A DNA stretch of 43,421 nt from Deltaproteobacteria bacterium (lineage in GTDB: Bacteria > Myxococcota > Myxococcia > Myxococcales > 40CM-4-68-19), in the NCBI GenBank assembly GCA_041499865.1, contig JBGQLA010000002.1, forward strand, positions 1 to 43,421. Direction: 5' to 3'. The stretch's first letter is position 1. Every line of letters starts with the position of its first letter. The translations under genes were made by a program, and so were the position numbers. This document shows, in pieces, positions 19,005 through 30,822 of this stretch. The notes under the pieces are model-generated. The model was given only the letters and a program-made list of their open reading frames with translations, was not told where the DNA came from and did not search any database.

Positions 19005-19814
19005 CTATCGCGGCTGTTCCTGCGCGGGAGGCGTGGCGCCCGGCTGCGGCTGCCCGGGAACGGTGATGTAGTACTGCGGCTCGCCGGCGTCCGCCGGCTG
19101 CGCGGGGCGGGCCGCGGAAGCTGCCGGCCTGGCGGCCGGCGGCGGCCCTGCGTCGACCGCGGGCGGCGGGGGCGGCCGGGGATCCGCCGTGCGCCGATAG
19201 ATCTTCCCGTTCACCACCAGCACCACCTGCCCCACCATTCCCGGCAGCTTCGAACGGCAGGTCTCCGAAGGCGCGACGCGATACACCGTCCCGCCGACAC
19301 CCGTGCCTTGCTCGGTGAACGGCTCGTTGTCCACCAGGCACCCGCCGGATTGCTTGTTCAGCTCCGCGACCGACGCTCCGGTCCCGAAGGGATCCTGCGT
19401 CTGCCCGGCGTCGGGCTCTTCCGGCGGCGCGAACCTCGACGGATCGATGTTCACCATCGGCGCGGCGCTCTGCGCGGCCGCCGCGGCCATCTTCTCCCGC
19501 TCGGCGCGCTCCTTCGCCAGCTCCTCGCGCCCGCGCTGGATCGTCCCCAAGAGCATCTGCGCCGCCTGCGCGTCGACGGAGCGGGGATTCACCTTGCGCA
19601 GCAGCGCGACCACCTCGTCCATCCGCGGATCGCCGTACGCGTCGTCGAGCTCCGTCGCGTAGAGCTGCTGGTAGTTGGCCGCGGCCTGCTGGTAGTTCTC
19701 GTCCGGTCCGCTGGTCCTGCGGCACCCGGCGAAGGCGAGCGTGAGCAGGCAGAGCGCGGCGCAGCGGGACAAGGCCGTTCCTCCTCGGGAAAGCGACGTC
19801 GCCGACGGTAGCAT
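19005..19814 (-). CDS. Hypothetical lipoprotein with Pro/Ala-rich C-terminus
   Basis: ATG at 19814 gives MLPSATSLSRGGTALSRCAALCLLTLAFAGC (lipobox LAFAGC). High third-position GC. Confidence 0.65.
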   Translation of the reverse strand: MLPSATSLSRGGTALSRCAALCLLTLAFAGCRRTSGPDENYQQAAANYQQLYATELDDAYGDPRMDEVVALLRKVNPRSVDAQAAQMLLGTIQRGREELAKERAEREKMAAAAAQSAAPMVNIDPSRFAPPEEPDAGQTQDPFGTGASVAELNKQSGGCLVDNEPFTEQGTGVGGTVYRVAPSETCRSKLPGMVGQVVLVVNGKIYRRTADPRPPPPPAVDAGPPPAARPAASAARPAQPADAGEPQYYITVPGQPQPGATPPAQEQPR

Positions 19815-19848
19815 GGAATCGCGGCCTGGCAGCTTTCCTGCCGCGGCG

Positions 19849-20856
19849 TCAGAAGTGGGTCTGGACGCCGACGGAGTCGGTGTGCAGGTCCCACCAGAGC
19901 AGGCCGCCACCTGTCGCCGCCAGCACCGCCGCGGCGATGTAGAAGCCGCGCGCCAGGTTGGTGTCGCGCTCGACGTCCGCAAAGCTCTGCAGGTCGGGCT
20001 TGTGCAGCTGGTTGGCGGCGGCGAGGGTATTCAGGTCCCCCGCCGTCGAGTAGGCGCGCGCGTGGAAGGCGGCGCCGATCACCGCGCTCGCCACCGCCGC
20101 GCCGATGGCGCCGACCGCCGCCGGGCGGACCCATGCCGGCTTGCGCGGGGCGGTCGCGGCCAGGGTGGGCAAGGCCGCCGCCGGGACCGCCACCACCGCG
20201 CCGCCGAGATCCACGCGCGCATCGGTGGTGCGGCCGAACCGGACCTCGACGAACGTGCTGGTCTCGCGCGACTTGTCCTTGACCCGCACCACGTGCTGCC
20301 CGGGGGCGAGCCCCTCCAGAGGCTGCGGGAGCGGCAGCGTGCCGGCGGGCTTGCCGTCCACGAACAGCAGCGCGCCGGAGGCGCCGGGGACCTCCACCCG
20401 GAGCGCGCCGACGAACCGCGCGGGCGCGAGGAGCTGGACCGCGGTCTCGCGCAGCATCTCGATCAGGTTGTCCTGCGAGCCGCTGACGGGATGGGTGGCG
20501 CGGCGGAGCTCCTGCCCGGTCTTCGCGTCCAGCAGCTTCAGATCGACCATGAACGAATCGCCGAGCTGGCTGGTGGTGCCGATGATCACCTGCCGGGCCC
20601 CGGCGTGCAGGGCGGCGGCGGCGGCGCACGGGACCTTCGCCTCGCAGTCCGGCTCGCGCTTGAGCGCCTCCGCGACGTCGGCTTCCTTCGCCAGCCGCGC
20701 TTCCTGGAGCTGCCCCAGCTCGTTGCGCAGCGTCACCTCGAGGGCGTGGACGACGTCGGCCGGCGCGCCCAGCGGGCGCAAGGGCATCAGCGCGACCACC
20801 GGCGCTTGCGCCGGCGCCGCGGTGGCGAGCATGGCAATGCCCAGCGCTGCCCACAT
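19849..20856 (-). CDS. Secreted PEGA-domain protein with C-terminal TM anchor
   Basis: ATG at 20856 is preceded by GGAGGG. Signal peptide MWAALGIAMLATAAPAQA. PEGA-like VPGASGALLFVDGKPAGTLPL...GQHVVRV. C-terminal hydrophobic segment. Confidence 0.65.
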   Translation of the reverse strand: MWAALGIAMLATAAPAQAPVVALMPLRPLGAPADVVHALEVTLRNELGQLQEARLAKEADVAEALKREPDCEAKVPCAAAAALHAGARQVIIGTTSQLGDSFMVDLKLLDAKTGQELRRATHPVSGSQDNLIEMLRETAVQLLAPARFVGALRVEVPGASGALLFVDGKPAGTLPLPQPLEGLAPGQHVVRVKDKSRETSTFVEVRFGRTTDARVDLGGAVVAVPAAALPTLAATAPRKPAWVRPAAVGAIGAAVASAVIGAAFHARAYSTAGDLNTLAAANQLHKPDLQSFADVERDTNLARGFYIAAAVLAATGGGLLWWDLHTDSVGVQTHF

Positions 20857-20938
20857 CGAGGTCCACCCTCCCAGGGTCCAAGGCCAGCGAGCAAACAATA
20901 TTACAGCAGGTTCGCTTCTGGCTTACACTGGGGGCGCG

Positions 20939-21727
20939 ATGTGCCGCCTCTTCGGCTCCCGCTCGCTCGACCCCGGCGCCGTGACCCACGAGCTGTTTCA
21001 TGGGGCGAACGCCCTCCGGGTGCAAAGCCGCGAGCATCCCGATGGTTGGGGCGTCGGCTGGTACGAGAAGGACGTGCCGCGTGTGGTCCGAAGTCTCACT
21101 CCTGCGCATGGGGACGCAGATTTCGAGAAGCTGTCGCACTTCGTGACCGCACAGACGGTGCTCGCCCACGTCCGCAAGGCGAGCGTCGGGCGCGTGTCGT
21201 CGGAGAACACACATCCCTTTCAGCGCGGCCCCTGGCTGTTCGCCCACAACGGCACGCTGCCGGAGTGGGAGCGCACCCGGGGACCGCTGGAAGCGTTGAT
21301 CGATCGCTCGATGCGCGCGGAGCTGCGCGGCGAGACCGACAGCGAGCGCTGCTTCCTGCTCTTCCTCTCCCGCCTGCGGCGGCATTGCGGGCTGGAGAGG
21401 GCCGACGTCGGCTCGGCGGCGGCGGCGCTGGCGGAGACGGTGGCCCTGGTCCAGGAGGTCGCCGAGCACGGCGAGCAGAAGGCGAGCACCACGTTCCTCG
21501 CCACCGACGGACGGCTGCTCCTCGCCTGCCGCCGGGGACGGACCCTGTTCATCTCCTCCCCGCCGCCGGACGCAAACGGCCGCTGCGAGTACGTGGCCGT
21601 CGCCAGCGAGGATCCCGGCGACCCTCCTCCGGGCGGCCGCCGCGCCTGGCGGCTGCTGCAGGAGGAGGCGCTGGTCGCGGTCGACCCGCAGCTCCGCCTG
21701 ACCGTGTCTTCCCTGCTCCCGCAGTGA
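20939..21727 (+). CDS. Class II (Ntn-type) glutamine amidotransferase, YafJ-like
   Basis: N-terminal MCRLFG with nucleophile Cys2, then HPDGWGVGWY and NTHPF. 262 aa. Confidence 0.8.
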   Translation: MCRLFGSRSLDPGAVTHELFHGANALRVQSREHPDGWGVGWYEKDVPRVVRSLTPAHGDADFEKLSHFVTAQTVLAHVRKASVGRVSSENTHPFQRGPWLFAHNGTLPEWERTRGPLEALIDRSMRAELRGETDSERCFLLFLSRLRRHCGLERADVGSAAAALAETVALVQEVAEHGEQKASTTFLATDGRLLLACRRGRTLFISSPPPDANGRCEYVAVASEDPGDPPPGGRRAWRLLQEEALVAVDPQLRLTVSSLLPQ

Positions 21728-21738
21728 GCGGGACGGAC

Positions 21739-22209
21739 TCAGTCCTCCCGGTCGTGGTGCTTGCGCTCGTGCTCCTTCCAGTCCTTCCTCGTTTCCTTCT
21801 CCTCATGCCGGCGTTCCTTCTCCTCCTCGCGGGCCTCCCGGCGGCGCGCCTTCTCCTGCTCCTTCCTCTCCTTCCACTCGGCGTGGCGGAAGCGGCGGTA
21901 CTGCCCGGGAGGGATTCGATAGAGGCCGCGAGGGACGTGGCGCGGCTCGACATAGACCCAGGCGCGGCGGTGATCGCGCGCCCGATACCAGAGGTTTCCC
22001 CGCCGTGCCCAGTACCAGCCGTCGACGAAGAAGACCTCCTCGTCGAGATCCTCGACCACCTGCACGCCCGGCTCGACGACCACCAAACGCGGCAGGACCG
22101 GGGGCAAGGCGATGGTGATGCTGGTCTGGAAGACGCCGTCGGCGCGCGAGGGTGCGGCGGCGGTGAGGACGAGCAGCGCGAGGGCTGCGGATCGGAATGC
22201 GATGTTCAT
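21739..22209 (-). CDS. Small secreted protein with an extremely charged Lys/Glu/Arg/His C-terminal tail
   Basis: ATG at 22209 is preceded by GGAGG. Signal peptide MNIAFRSAALALLVLTAAAPSRA. W/Y/R-rich core (DGWYWARRGNLWYRARDHRRAWVY). Tail KERKEQEKARRREAREEEKERRHEEKETRKDWKEHERKHHDRED. Confidence 0.6.
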   Translation of the reverse strand: MNIAFRSAALALLVLTAAAPSRADGVFQTSITIALPPVLPRLVVVEPGVQVVEDLDEEVFFVDGWYWARRGNLWYRARDHRRAWVYVEPRHVPRGLYRIPPGQYRRFRHAEWKERKEQEKARRREAREEEKERRHEEKETRKDWKEHERKHHDRED

Positions 22210-22286
22210 GGCCTCCGAGACTCGCCCGATGGGGTAGCGCACACAACTTCGTGGTCCTGCCACTCCGGCGCTGCAGGTAGGACATT

Positions 22287-22751
22287 TCACCGCGATCGGG
22301 ACGGGCGCGCCGCCGCGAGCAGGGCGGCGCCGCGAGGGCCCGTCGCCTGCAGCCGCGCTTTCCTCGCCTGCGCGCCGGCATGCGCGAGCGCGATCTCCAG
22401 CCGGTCGGCCGGCAGCGCATCTCCGGCGCGGTCGGCCCACTCGCAGAGCGTGGCCGCGGGCTCCGCGAGCAGATCGTCGAGCCCCAGCGCAAACAACTCC
22501 GCGGGGCCGGAGATCCGGTAGAGGTCGATGTGCTGCAGCGGGACCGGCCCCCGGTAGAGGTTGACCAAGGCGAACGTCGGCGAGCTGGCGCGCTCCGCGT
22601 TGGCGCCCTCCGCGATCGCTTTCGCCAGGAGCGTCTTCCCCGCTCCCAGCTCGCCGGTGAGGGCGACGAAATCGCCGGGGCGGAGGGCGGCGCCCAGCCG
22701 GCGCCCGAGCGCGCGCGTGGCGGCCGGGCTCTTCAACACGATCTCGCGCAT
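22287..22751 (-). CDS. tsaE: tRNA threonylcarbamoyladenosine (t6A) biosynthesis ATPase TsaE
   Basis: GELGAGKT P-loop, SPTFALVN and HIDLYR motifs typical of TsaE/YjeE. Confidence 0.85.
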   Translation of the reverse strand: MREIVLKSPAATRALGRRLGAALRPGDFVALTGELGAGKTLLAKAIAEGANAERASSPTFALVNLYRGPVPLQHIDLYRISGPAELFALGLDDLLAEPAATLCEWADRAGDALPADRLEIALAHAGAQARKARLQATGPRGAALLAAARPSRSR

Positions 22752-22765
22752 GCCGCGCGCGCTCG

Positions 22766-24301
22766 TCACCGGCCCCAGCGCCGGAAGAGGCGCGGGAGCC
22801 CGGTGCGCACGATGTCGGTGGCGATCAGCGGGGTCTCGCCGATCTCCGCGGCCGCCAGATCGCCCGCCATCGCGTGCAGGAAGACGGCCAGCCGCGCCCG
22901 ATCGGCGGTGCCCCCGGGCGCGGAGCGGCGGGCGAGGACCGCCGCCGCGATGCCGGTGAGGACATCGCCGGACCCGGCGGTCGCCATGCCCGGATTGCCT
23001 TGCGCGCAGATCGCGCTGCGGCCTTCCGGCTCCGCCACCACCGTGTGCGCGCCCTTCAGCACCACGCAGGCGCCGAACCGCTGCGCGCCGCGCACCGCCG
23101 CCTCGATGCGGTCGGAGAGGATGCGCTCGGTCTCCTCGCCGGTGAGGCGCGCGAACTCGCCCGGGTGCGGGGTCAAGAGCGGCGGGGTCGGGGCCTTGCG
23201 CAGCCAGCCGGCGATCTGTTCGCGGTGTTCGGCGAGCGCGTTCAGCGCATCCGCGTCGAGCACCGATACCTCGGCGGCCGCGACCAGTTCGGCGATCAGC
23301 GGGCCGGTATCGGGTCCGCGCGCGAGTCCCGGGCCTGCCGCCAGCGCCGTCTTTCCCTTGAGCGCCTCGCGCAGCGCCGGAAGATCGCCGAGGCCGAGGG
23401 CGCCCTGGCCGGGAAGAGGAACGAACATCGCTTCCGGGAGCCCCTGCAGCGCCGCCGCGACTTCGGGGCGGGCGGCGAGCGTCACCAGCCCGGCGCCTGC
23501 GCGCAGCGCCGCCTCGCACACCATCGCCGCCGCGCCGCTCTTCTCCGCGGAGCCCGCCACCGCCAGCACGTGCCCGAAGTCGTTCTTGTGCGCGTTGCGC
23601 GAGCGCGGCGGGACCTGCGCCAACGCCCACTCCTCGTCGATCAGCTCGCAGGCGGGGCCTGGAAGCTTCTCTTCCAGGGCGCGGGGGATCCCGATGGGCG
23701 CGACGGCGATGCGCCCGGCGCAGCCCGCGCCCGGGTGCAGGTAGAGGCCGCGCTTCGGCGCGTGCAGCGTCACCGTCAGGTCGGCCGCGAGGTGGACCGG
23801 GTAGACGTTGCCGGTGTCGGAGTCGACGCCGCTGGGCACGTCCACCGCGATCACCTGGGCACCCCGCTCCCGCGCCGCGTTGATCGCCCGGATCGCCTCC
23901 GCCTCCGGCCCCTCCGGCGCGCGGGAGAGGCCGCTGCCGAAGACCGCGTCGATCAGCACCACCCCCTGCCCGCCGCGCAGCGTCTTCTTCGCCTCTTCTC
24001 CGCCGGCCGCGATCCAGGCTTTCGCCGCCAGCGCCGCATCGCCCTTCAGGATCGAGGGCGGCCGGGTGAACCAGACGTACACTTCGCGCACCGACTCGCG
24101 CAGCAGCCGGGCCGCCACCGCGCCGTCCCCGCCGTTGTTTCCCGGGCCGCAGAACACCACCACCTTGCGCGGGCGCAGCTCCAGCGCCGCGCGCGCCACC
24201 GCCGCGCCGGCGCTCTCCATCAGCACCCGGGTGGGCAGCTCCGCCACGGAGGCCGCGAGCCGATCCAGCTCGCGCTGCTCGGCCGCGGTGAAGAGCCTCA
24301 T
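22766..24301 (-). CDS. nnr: Bifunctional NAD(P)H-hydrate repair enzyme (epimerase/ADP-dependent dehydratase)
   Basis: N-terminal YjeF_N motif CGPGNNGGDG. C-terminal carbohydrate-kinase-like domain with GSGDVLTG. 511 aa. Confidence 0.9.
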   Translation of the reverse strand: MRLFTAAEQRELDRLAASVAELPTRVLMESAGAAVARAALELRPRKVVVFCGPGNNGGDGAVAARLLRESVREVYVWFTRPPSILKGDAALAAKAWIAAGGEEAKKTLRGGQGVVLIDAVFGSGLSRAPEGPEAEAIRAINAARERGAQVIAVDVPSGVDSDTGNVYPVHLAADLTVTLHAPKRGLYLHPGAGCAGRIAVAPIGIPRALEEKLPGPACELIDEEWALAQVPPRSRNAHKNDFGHVLAVAGSAEKSGAAAMVCEAALRAGAGLVTLAARPEVAAALQGLPEAMFVPLPGQGALGLGDLPALREALKGKTALAAGPGLARGPDTGPLIAELVAAAEVSVLDADALNALAEHREQIAGWLRKAPTPPLLTPHPGEFARLTGEETERILSDRIEAAVRGAQRFGACVVLKGAHTVVAEPEGRSAICAQGNPGMATAGSGDVLTGIAAAVLARRSAPGGTADRARLAVFLHAMAGDLAAAEIGETPLIATDIVRTGLPRLFRRWGR

Positions 24302-25008
24302 CCGATCAGGTCCTTCATGTCGCGCACGGCGCGCTCCATCCCGGTGAGGAGGGCCCGGCAGATGATGGCGTAGCCGATGTTCAGCTCGGTGATCTCGGCG
24401 ATCTCCGCCACCGGTTTCACGTTCCAGTAGTCGAGCCCGTGGCCCGCCGCCACGCGGAGCCCCAGCTTGGCGGCGGCTTTCGCCGCCTCGATGATCCGGG
24501 AGAGCTCGCGGGAGCGGTCGCGCTCGCCGCGCGCGTCGCAGTAGCGGCCGGTGTGCAGCTCGACGGCCTGGGCGTCGGCGCGGTGGCTGGCTTTGATCTG
24601 CTCGAGGTCCGGATCGACGAAGAGCGAGACCTCCACGCCGGCGTCGCGCAGCGATCGGACGACGCGGCGGATCTCCTCGCGGCCTCCGACCACGTCGAGC
24701 CCGCCCTCGGTGGTCAGCTCCTCGCGGCGCTCGGGCACCAGCGTGCCGGTGTCGGGGCGGTGGAGCAGCGCGAGCGTCACCATCGGCTGGAGCGCGGCCA
24801 TCTCCAGGTTCAGCTTGCCGTTCACCGTCTTGCGCAGCAGCTCCAGATCGCGATCGTTCACGTGCCGCCGGTCCTCGCGCACGTGCAGGGTGATCTGATC
24901 CGCCCCGCCCAGCTCCGCCAGCGCCGCGGCGGTCACCGGGTCGGGATACCGGCCCTTCCGCGCCTGCCGCAGGGTGGCGACGTGGTCGATGTTGACGCCG
25001 AGCCGCAT
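24298..25008 (-). CDS. pdxJ: Pyridoxine 5'-phosphate synthase
   Basis: MRLGVNIDHVATLRQAR, HVREDRRH and ELHTGRY. GGAGG precedes the ATG. ATGA overlap with the nnr start. Confidence 0.92.
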   Translation of the reverse strand: MRLGVNIDHVATLRQARKGRYPDPVTAAALAELGGADQITLHVREDRRHVNDRDLELLRKTVNGKLNLEMAALQPMVTLALLHRPDTGTLVPERREELTTEGGLDVVGGREEIRRVVRSLRDAGVEVSLFVDPDLEQIKASHRADAQAVELHTGRYCDARGERDRSRELSRIIEAAKAAAKLGLRVAAGHGLDYWNVKPVAEIAEITELNIGYAIICRALLTGMERAVRDMKDLIG

Positions 25009-25093
25009 CGGGGATTCCTCCGCCGGGGCAGTCTATTGCATTCCCGCTGCGAAGGCTGTTTCCGCCTCCGCGGAAACAGCCAGCAAGTGCATG

Positions 25094-25124
25094 GCCGCAA
25101 AGCGGCCTTCGGCCGCAGCGGCTA
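25094..25124. repeat. 31 nt GC-rich hairpin motif, copy 2 (GCCGCAAAGCGGCCTTCGGCCGCAGCGGCTA)
   Basis: Matches 12558-12588 at 29 of 31 positions. Its terminal CTA is the glmM stop codon (TAG on the minus strand). Confidence 0.7.
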
Positions 25125-26510
25125 CGCGCCGATTGCCTTCTTCAGCTCGGAGACGATGCTCGCGGCGTACCCGTCGATGATCTTCTGGTCCGGCCCCTCC
25201 ACCAGAACGCGGACCTTCGGCTCAGTCCCGCTGTACCGCACCAGCACGCGGCCGCTCTCGCCGAGCTTCTTCTCCACCTCGCGGATGGCGCGCATCACCC
25301 CGGGAATCGACCCGAGCTCCGGCTTGCTCTTCACCGGGAGCCCGAGCTGCGCCTGGGGGAACACCTCCATGCACCGCGCCAGCTCGGAGAGGGGCTTGCC
25401 GCTCTCCATCATCACCGCCAGCACCGCCAGCGCGGCGACCGTGCCGTCGCCCGTGGTGGCGTTGTCGAGGAAGATCAGGTGGCCGCTCTGCTCACCCCCG
25501 AAGCTGTACCCGCCGCGCCGCATCTCCTCCAGCACGTAGCGGTCGCCGACCCGCGCGCGCACGACCTTGCCGCCCGCCTTGGCGATGCACTGGTCGAGCC
25601 CCATGTTGCTCATCACGGTGGCGACCAGCGTCTTCTTCGGCAGCGCCCTGCGCCGGATCAGGTCCAGGCCGCAGATCGCCAGCACCGCGTCCCCGTCGAT
25701 CACGTTGCCGTGCTCGTCGCAGACGATCAGCCGGTCCGCGTCGCCGTCCAGGGCGATCCCCAGATTCGCGCCGGTCTTCTTCACCGCCTTGCACATCGTC
25801 TCCGGGTGCAGGGCGCCGAAGCCGCGGTTGATGTTCTTGCCGTCGGGCTGGTTGCCGATCACGATCACCTTCGCGCCCAGCTCCTCGAGGACCGCGGGGG
25901 CCACCCGGTACGCGGCGCCGTGCCCGCAGTCCACCACCAGGGTCAGGCCTTCCAGCGTCAGGTGCCGCGGGAACGTGCTCTTGGCGTAGACGATGTAGCG
26001 CCCGGCGGCGTCGTCGATGCGGTACGCCTTGCCGATGCTGGTTGCGGTGGGCCGCAGGTGGTTGAGCTTGTCGTTCGCGATCAGATCCTCGATCTCGGAC
26101 TCCACCTCGTCGGGCAGCTTGAAGCCGTCCGCGCTGAAGAACTTGATCCCGTTGTCCTGGTAGGGATTGTGCGAGGCGCTGATCACGGCGCCGGCGTCGG
26201 CGCGCATGGAGAGGGTGAGGTTGGAGATGGCGGGGGTGGGCAGCGGCCCGCAGAGCAGGACGTCCACCCCCATGCTGCAGAGCCCGGAAGCGAGCGCCGT
26301 CTCCAGCATGTACCCGGAGATCCGGGTGTCCTTGCCGATCACCACCCGGTGCCGGTGGCTGCCCCGCTTGATCAGGTATGCCACTGCCCGGCCGAGCTGG
26401 AGCATCAACTCGCCCGTCATTGGATAGACGTTGGCGACGCCGCGGATGCCGTCGGTTCCGAACAGCCTGCGAGCTGGCTCTACCGGTTTCTCTGCCAAGC
26501 GGATCGCCAT
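25122..26510 (-). CDS. glmM: Phosphoglucosamine mutase
   Basis: [23 protein letters not shown] (phosphoserine loop), DGDADR and GEQSGH. Confidence 0.92.
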   Translation of the reverse strand: MAIRLAEKPVEPARRLFGTDGIRGVANVYPMTGELMLQLGRAVAYLIKRGSHRHRVVIGKDTRISGYMLETALASGLCSMGVDVLLCGPLPTPAISNLTLSMRADAGAVISASHNPYQDNGIKFFSADGFKLPDEVESEIEDLIANDKLNHLRPTATSIGKAYRIDDAAGRYIVYAKSTFPRHLTLEGLTLVVDCGHGAAYRVAPAVLEELGAKVIVIGNQPDGKNINRGFGALHPETMCKAVKKTGANLGIALDGDADRLIVCDEHGNVIDGDAVLAICGLDLIRRRALPKKTLVATVMSNMGLDQCIAKAGGKVVRARVGDRYVLEEMRRGGYSFGGEQSGHLIFLDNATTGDGTVAALAVLAVMMESGKPLSELARCMEVFPQAQLGLPVKSKPELGSIPGVMRAIREVEKKLGESGRVLVRYSGTEPKVRVLVEGPDQKIIDGYAASIVSELKKAIGA

Positions 26511-26581
26511 GTTGAAGGCTCCTGGGGTGGGACGCAAATGTTGATGCTTTGTCGCCGGGGCGGCAAGCGGCCTGCCGACTG

Positions 26582-27709
26582 TCAGGCACCCGACGCACGG
26601 ACCGCGTCGGCGACCGCCAGCGCCTCGCGGGTGGCCGCCACGTCGTGCACCCGGACGATCGCCGCGCCGTTCGACGCGGCCAGAACCGCGGCGGCCACGC
26701 TGCCAAGGAGGCGATCGGGCGCCTGCTTGCCGGTGGCAGTACCGAGGAAGGCTTTCCGTGAGGCTCCGGCCAGCAGGGGACGGCCGAGCTGGGCGAGCTC
26801 GCGCAGCCTCCGTAACAAGGTGAGGTTGTGCTCGCCGGTCTTGGCGAACCCCAGCCCCGGATCGACGGCGATCCTCTCCTCCGCGATTCCGGCGGCGCGG
26901 GCGCGCTGCAGGGCCTCGATCAGCTCCTCGTGCACCTCGCCCATCAGGTCGGAGTACACCGCCCGCGACTGCATGTCCGCCGGGGTGCCGCGCATGTGCA
27001 TCAGGCACAGCGCAGCGCCCGCCGCGGCCCGCCCCAGGCCGGGATCGTGCGCCAGTCCGGAGACGTCGTTGACGATCTCCGCGCCGGCATCGAGGGCGGC
27101 GGCCGCGACGGCAGCCTTGCGCGTGTCGATGCTGAGCGGGAGGCGGGTGCGCCTCGCCAGCTCGCGGATCACCGGCTCGGTCCGCCGCCGCTCGTCGGCC
27201 GCTTCGACGGGCGCCGCGCCGGGCCGCGTCGACTCTCCCCCGATGTCCAGGATGTCCGCGCCTTCTTCGGCGAGCTGGAGCGCGCGGGCGAGCGGATCGT
27301 ACGCGCCGCCGTCCGAGAACGAATCAGGGGTGGCGTTGACGATGCCCATCACCAGCGTGCGCTTCTCCGGCAGGCGCGAGTGCGGCAGCTTCCAGGCGCT
27401 GCCCGGCGCAGGCGCTTCCACCGCCGCCGCGCGGCGCATCAGCTCACGCGCCGCCACGCGGAGCGGCTCGCGCTCCAGCGCGTCGGCCAGGCTCCGCGCA
27501 GCCAGCCAGATCTGCCCGATGCTCCCGAGCCCCAGCGCGCCGCGGCTGCCCTCCAGGACCAGGAGACCCGACTGCCGAAGCCCCTCGACCAGCGCGCCGG
27601 AGGCGAGCAGCGCGCCCCAGCCGCGCAGGTTCGCGTCGGGCGCCGCGCGGCCGATCGCCGCGCAGGCCTGCAGCGAATCGGATTCCTTCTGGAGCTCGAT
27701 CAGCCGCAC
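26582..27709 (-). CDS. folP: Dihydropteroate synthase with ~115 aa N-terminal extension
   Basis: [25 protein letters not shown] and a pterin-binding barrel to the C-terminus. GTG start at 27709; the extension has no recognisable motif. Confidence 0.85.
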   Translation of the reverse strand: MRLIELQKESDSLQACAAIGRAAPDANLRGWGALLASGALVEGLRQSGLLVLEGSRGALGLGSIGQIWLAARSLADALEREPLRVAARELMRRAAAVEAPAPGSAWKLPHSRLPEKRTLVMGIVNATPDSFSDGGAYDPLARALQLAEEGADILDIGGESTRPGAAPVEAADERRRTEPVIRELARRTRLPLSIDTRKAAVAAAALDAGAEIVNDVSGLAHDPGLGRAAAGAALCLMHMRGTPADMQSRAVYSDLMGEVHEELIEALQRARAAGIAEERIAVDPGLGFAKTGEHNLTLLRRLRELAQLGRPLLAGASRKAFLGTATGKQAPDRLLGSVAAAVLAASNGAAIVRVHDVAATREALAVADAVRASGA

Positions 27710-27719
27710 GGCGCGGATT

Positions 27720-28484
27720 CTACCGCACTGCCACCACCATCAGAATCGTGGTGAGCGCGCCCGCCGCCATCAGCGTCCAGCCGGCGCGGGTCATGGACTT
27801 CATCGCCGGCGGCCGCAGCGCGATCCAGATCGACGCGGCGAACAGCGGCGCGGCGACGAGGACCATCCGGGGCGGCAACTCGCCGGCCGCGGCGAGCGCG
27901 GCGGCGAAGCCGATCGCCAGCAGCGGTCCCGCGAGCCGGACTCCGGCGGACGGCGCGCGCGTCTTGTGCTCGACGATCACCGCGCGCACCGGAAAGACGG
28001 CGGCGGCGAAGCCGGACAGCCATGCGCCCCAGATGGAGACCGCCTCGACCCAGCGCAGCCCGTCCGCCGCGGCCACCGGCAACGCCGCGGAGGTCATCGC
28101 GGCTGCGGCGATCAGCTCGCCGGGAAGCGTCTTCTCGACCCCGAGCGCCACCGCCCCGGTGAGCAGCGCCGCCAGCACCGCCGCGATGGCAGCGCCGAGG
28201 CGGGCCGGACCCGGCGAGAGCCACAGCGCCGTGACGCCGAGCGCGCCGCCGGCCAGCAGGAGACCGAGAAACATGCGCAGCGCCCGCCCACCGTCCTCCT
28301 GCCGGACGCGCTGGCCGCGACGCCCGAAGGCGACCAGCGCCGGCTCGTGCGCGAGGAACAAGCTCACCGCGGAGGCGGCGAACAGCAGTCCGGCCGGCCG
28401 GGGCCACGCCGCGCAGAGCGCGGTGAGCAGGGGAAATCCGAGCTGGCCATACGCGCCGTGTTCGCGTGGCGCGAGCGATCGCAC
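27720..28484 (-). CDS. YwiC-like integral membrane protein
   Basis: N-terminal PREHGAYGQLGFPLL motif and about 8 hydrophobic helices. GTG start. Confidence 0.55.
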   Translation of the reverse strand: MRSLAPREHGAYGQLGFPLLTALCAAWPRPAGLLFAASAVSLFLAHEPALVAFGRRGQRVRQEDGGRALRMFLGLLLAGGALGVTALWLSPGPARLGAAIAAVLAALLTGAVALGVEKTLPGELIAAAAMTSAALPVAAADGLRWVEAVSIWGAWLSGFAAAVFPVRAVIVEHKTRAPSAGVRLAGPLLAIGFAAALAAAGELPPRMVLVAAPLFAASIWIALRPPAMKSMTRAGWTLMAAGALTTILMVVAVR

Positions 28485-28507
28485 GCCGCGCAGTGTAAAC
28501 TGCGTGG

Positions 28508-28861
28508 ATGAACGACGCCGCCTTCATCGCCGCGCTCGAGTCGGGCGCCCTGCCCGGCGAGCAGATGAACCATGCCGCGCATCTGCGCCTGGCGCTGATC
28601 TTCCGCGGCGAGCCCGAGAGGGCGCGCGACGTGCTCCGCAAGTACGTCCAGCGCGTCGGCGCGCACGTCAAATACAACGAGACGCTCACCTGGTTCTGGC
28701 TCCGCGCCGTCAACGCGCACGAGGGCGATCTGGCCGCGCTGCTGCGGACGCCGCTGGCCGACAGCAACCTGCCGATGCGCCACTGGTCGCCCGGGCTGCT
28801 CTGGTCGGATGCGGCACGGGCGCAGTGGGTCGAACCCGACCTGGAGCCTCTGAGCTTCTAG
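28508..28861 (+). CDS. Hypothetical 117 aa protein
   Basis: Clean ATG ORF with very high third-position GC and a non-repetitive composition. No recognisable motif. Confidence 0.55.
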   Translation: MNDAAFIAALESGALPGEQMNHAAHLRLALIFRGEPERARDVLRKYVQRVGAHVKYNETLTWFWLRAVNAHEGDLAALLRTPLADSNLPMRHWSPGLLWSDAARAQWVEPDLEPLSF

Positions 28862-28887
28862 GTCGCTTCGATCCGGATCCGAATCGG

Positions 28888-30818
<1,931 letters not shown>

Positions 30819-30822
<4 letters not shown>

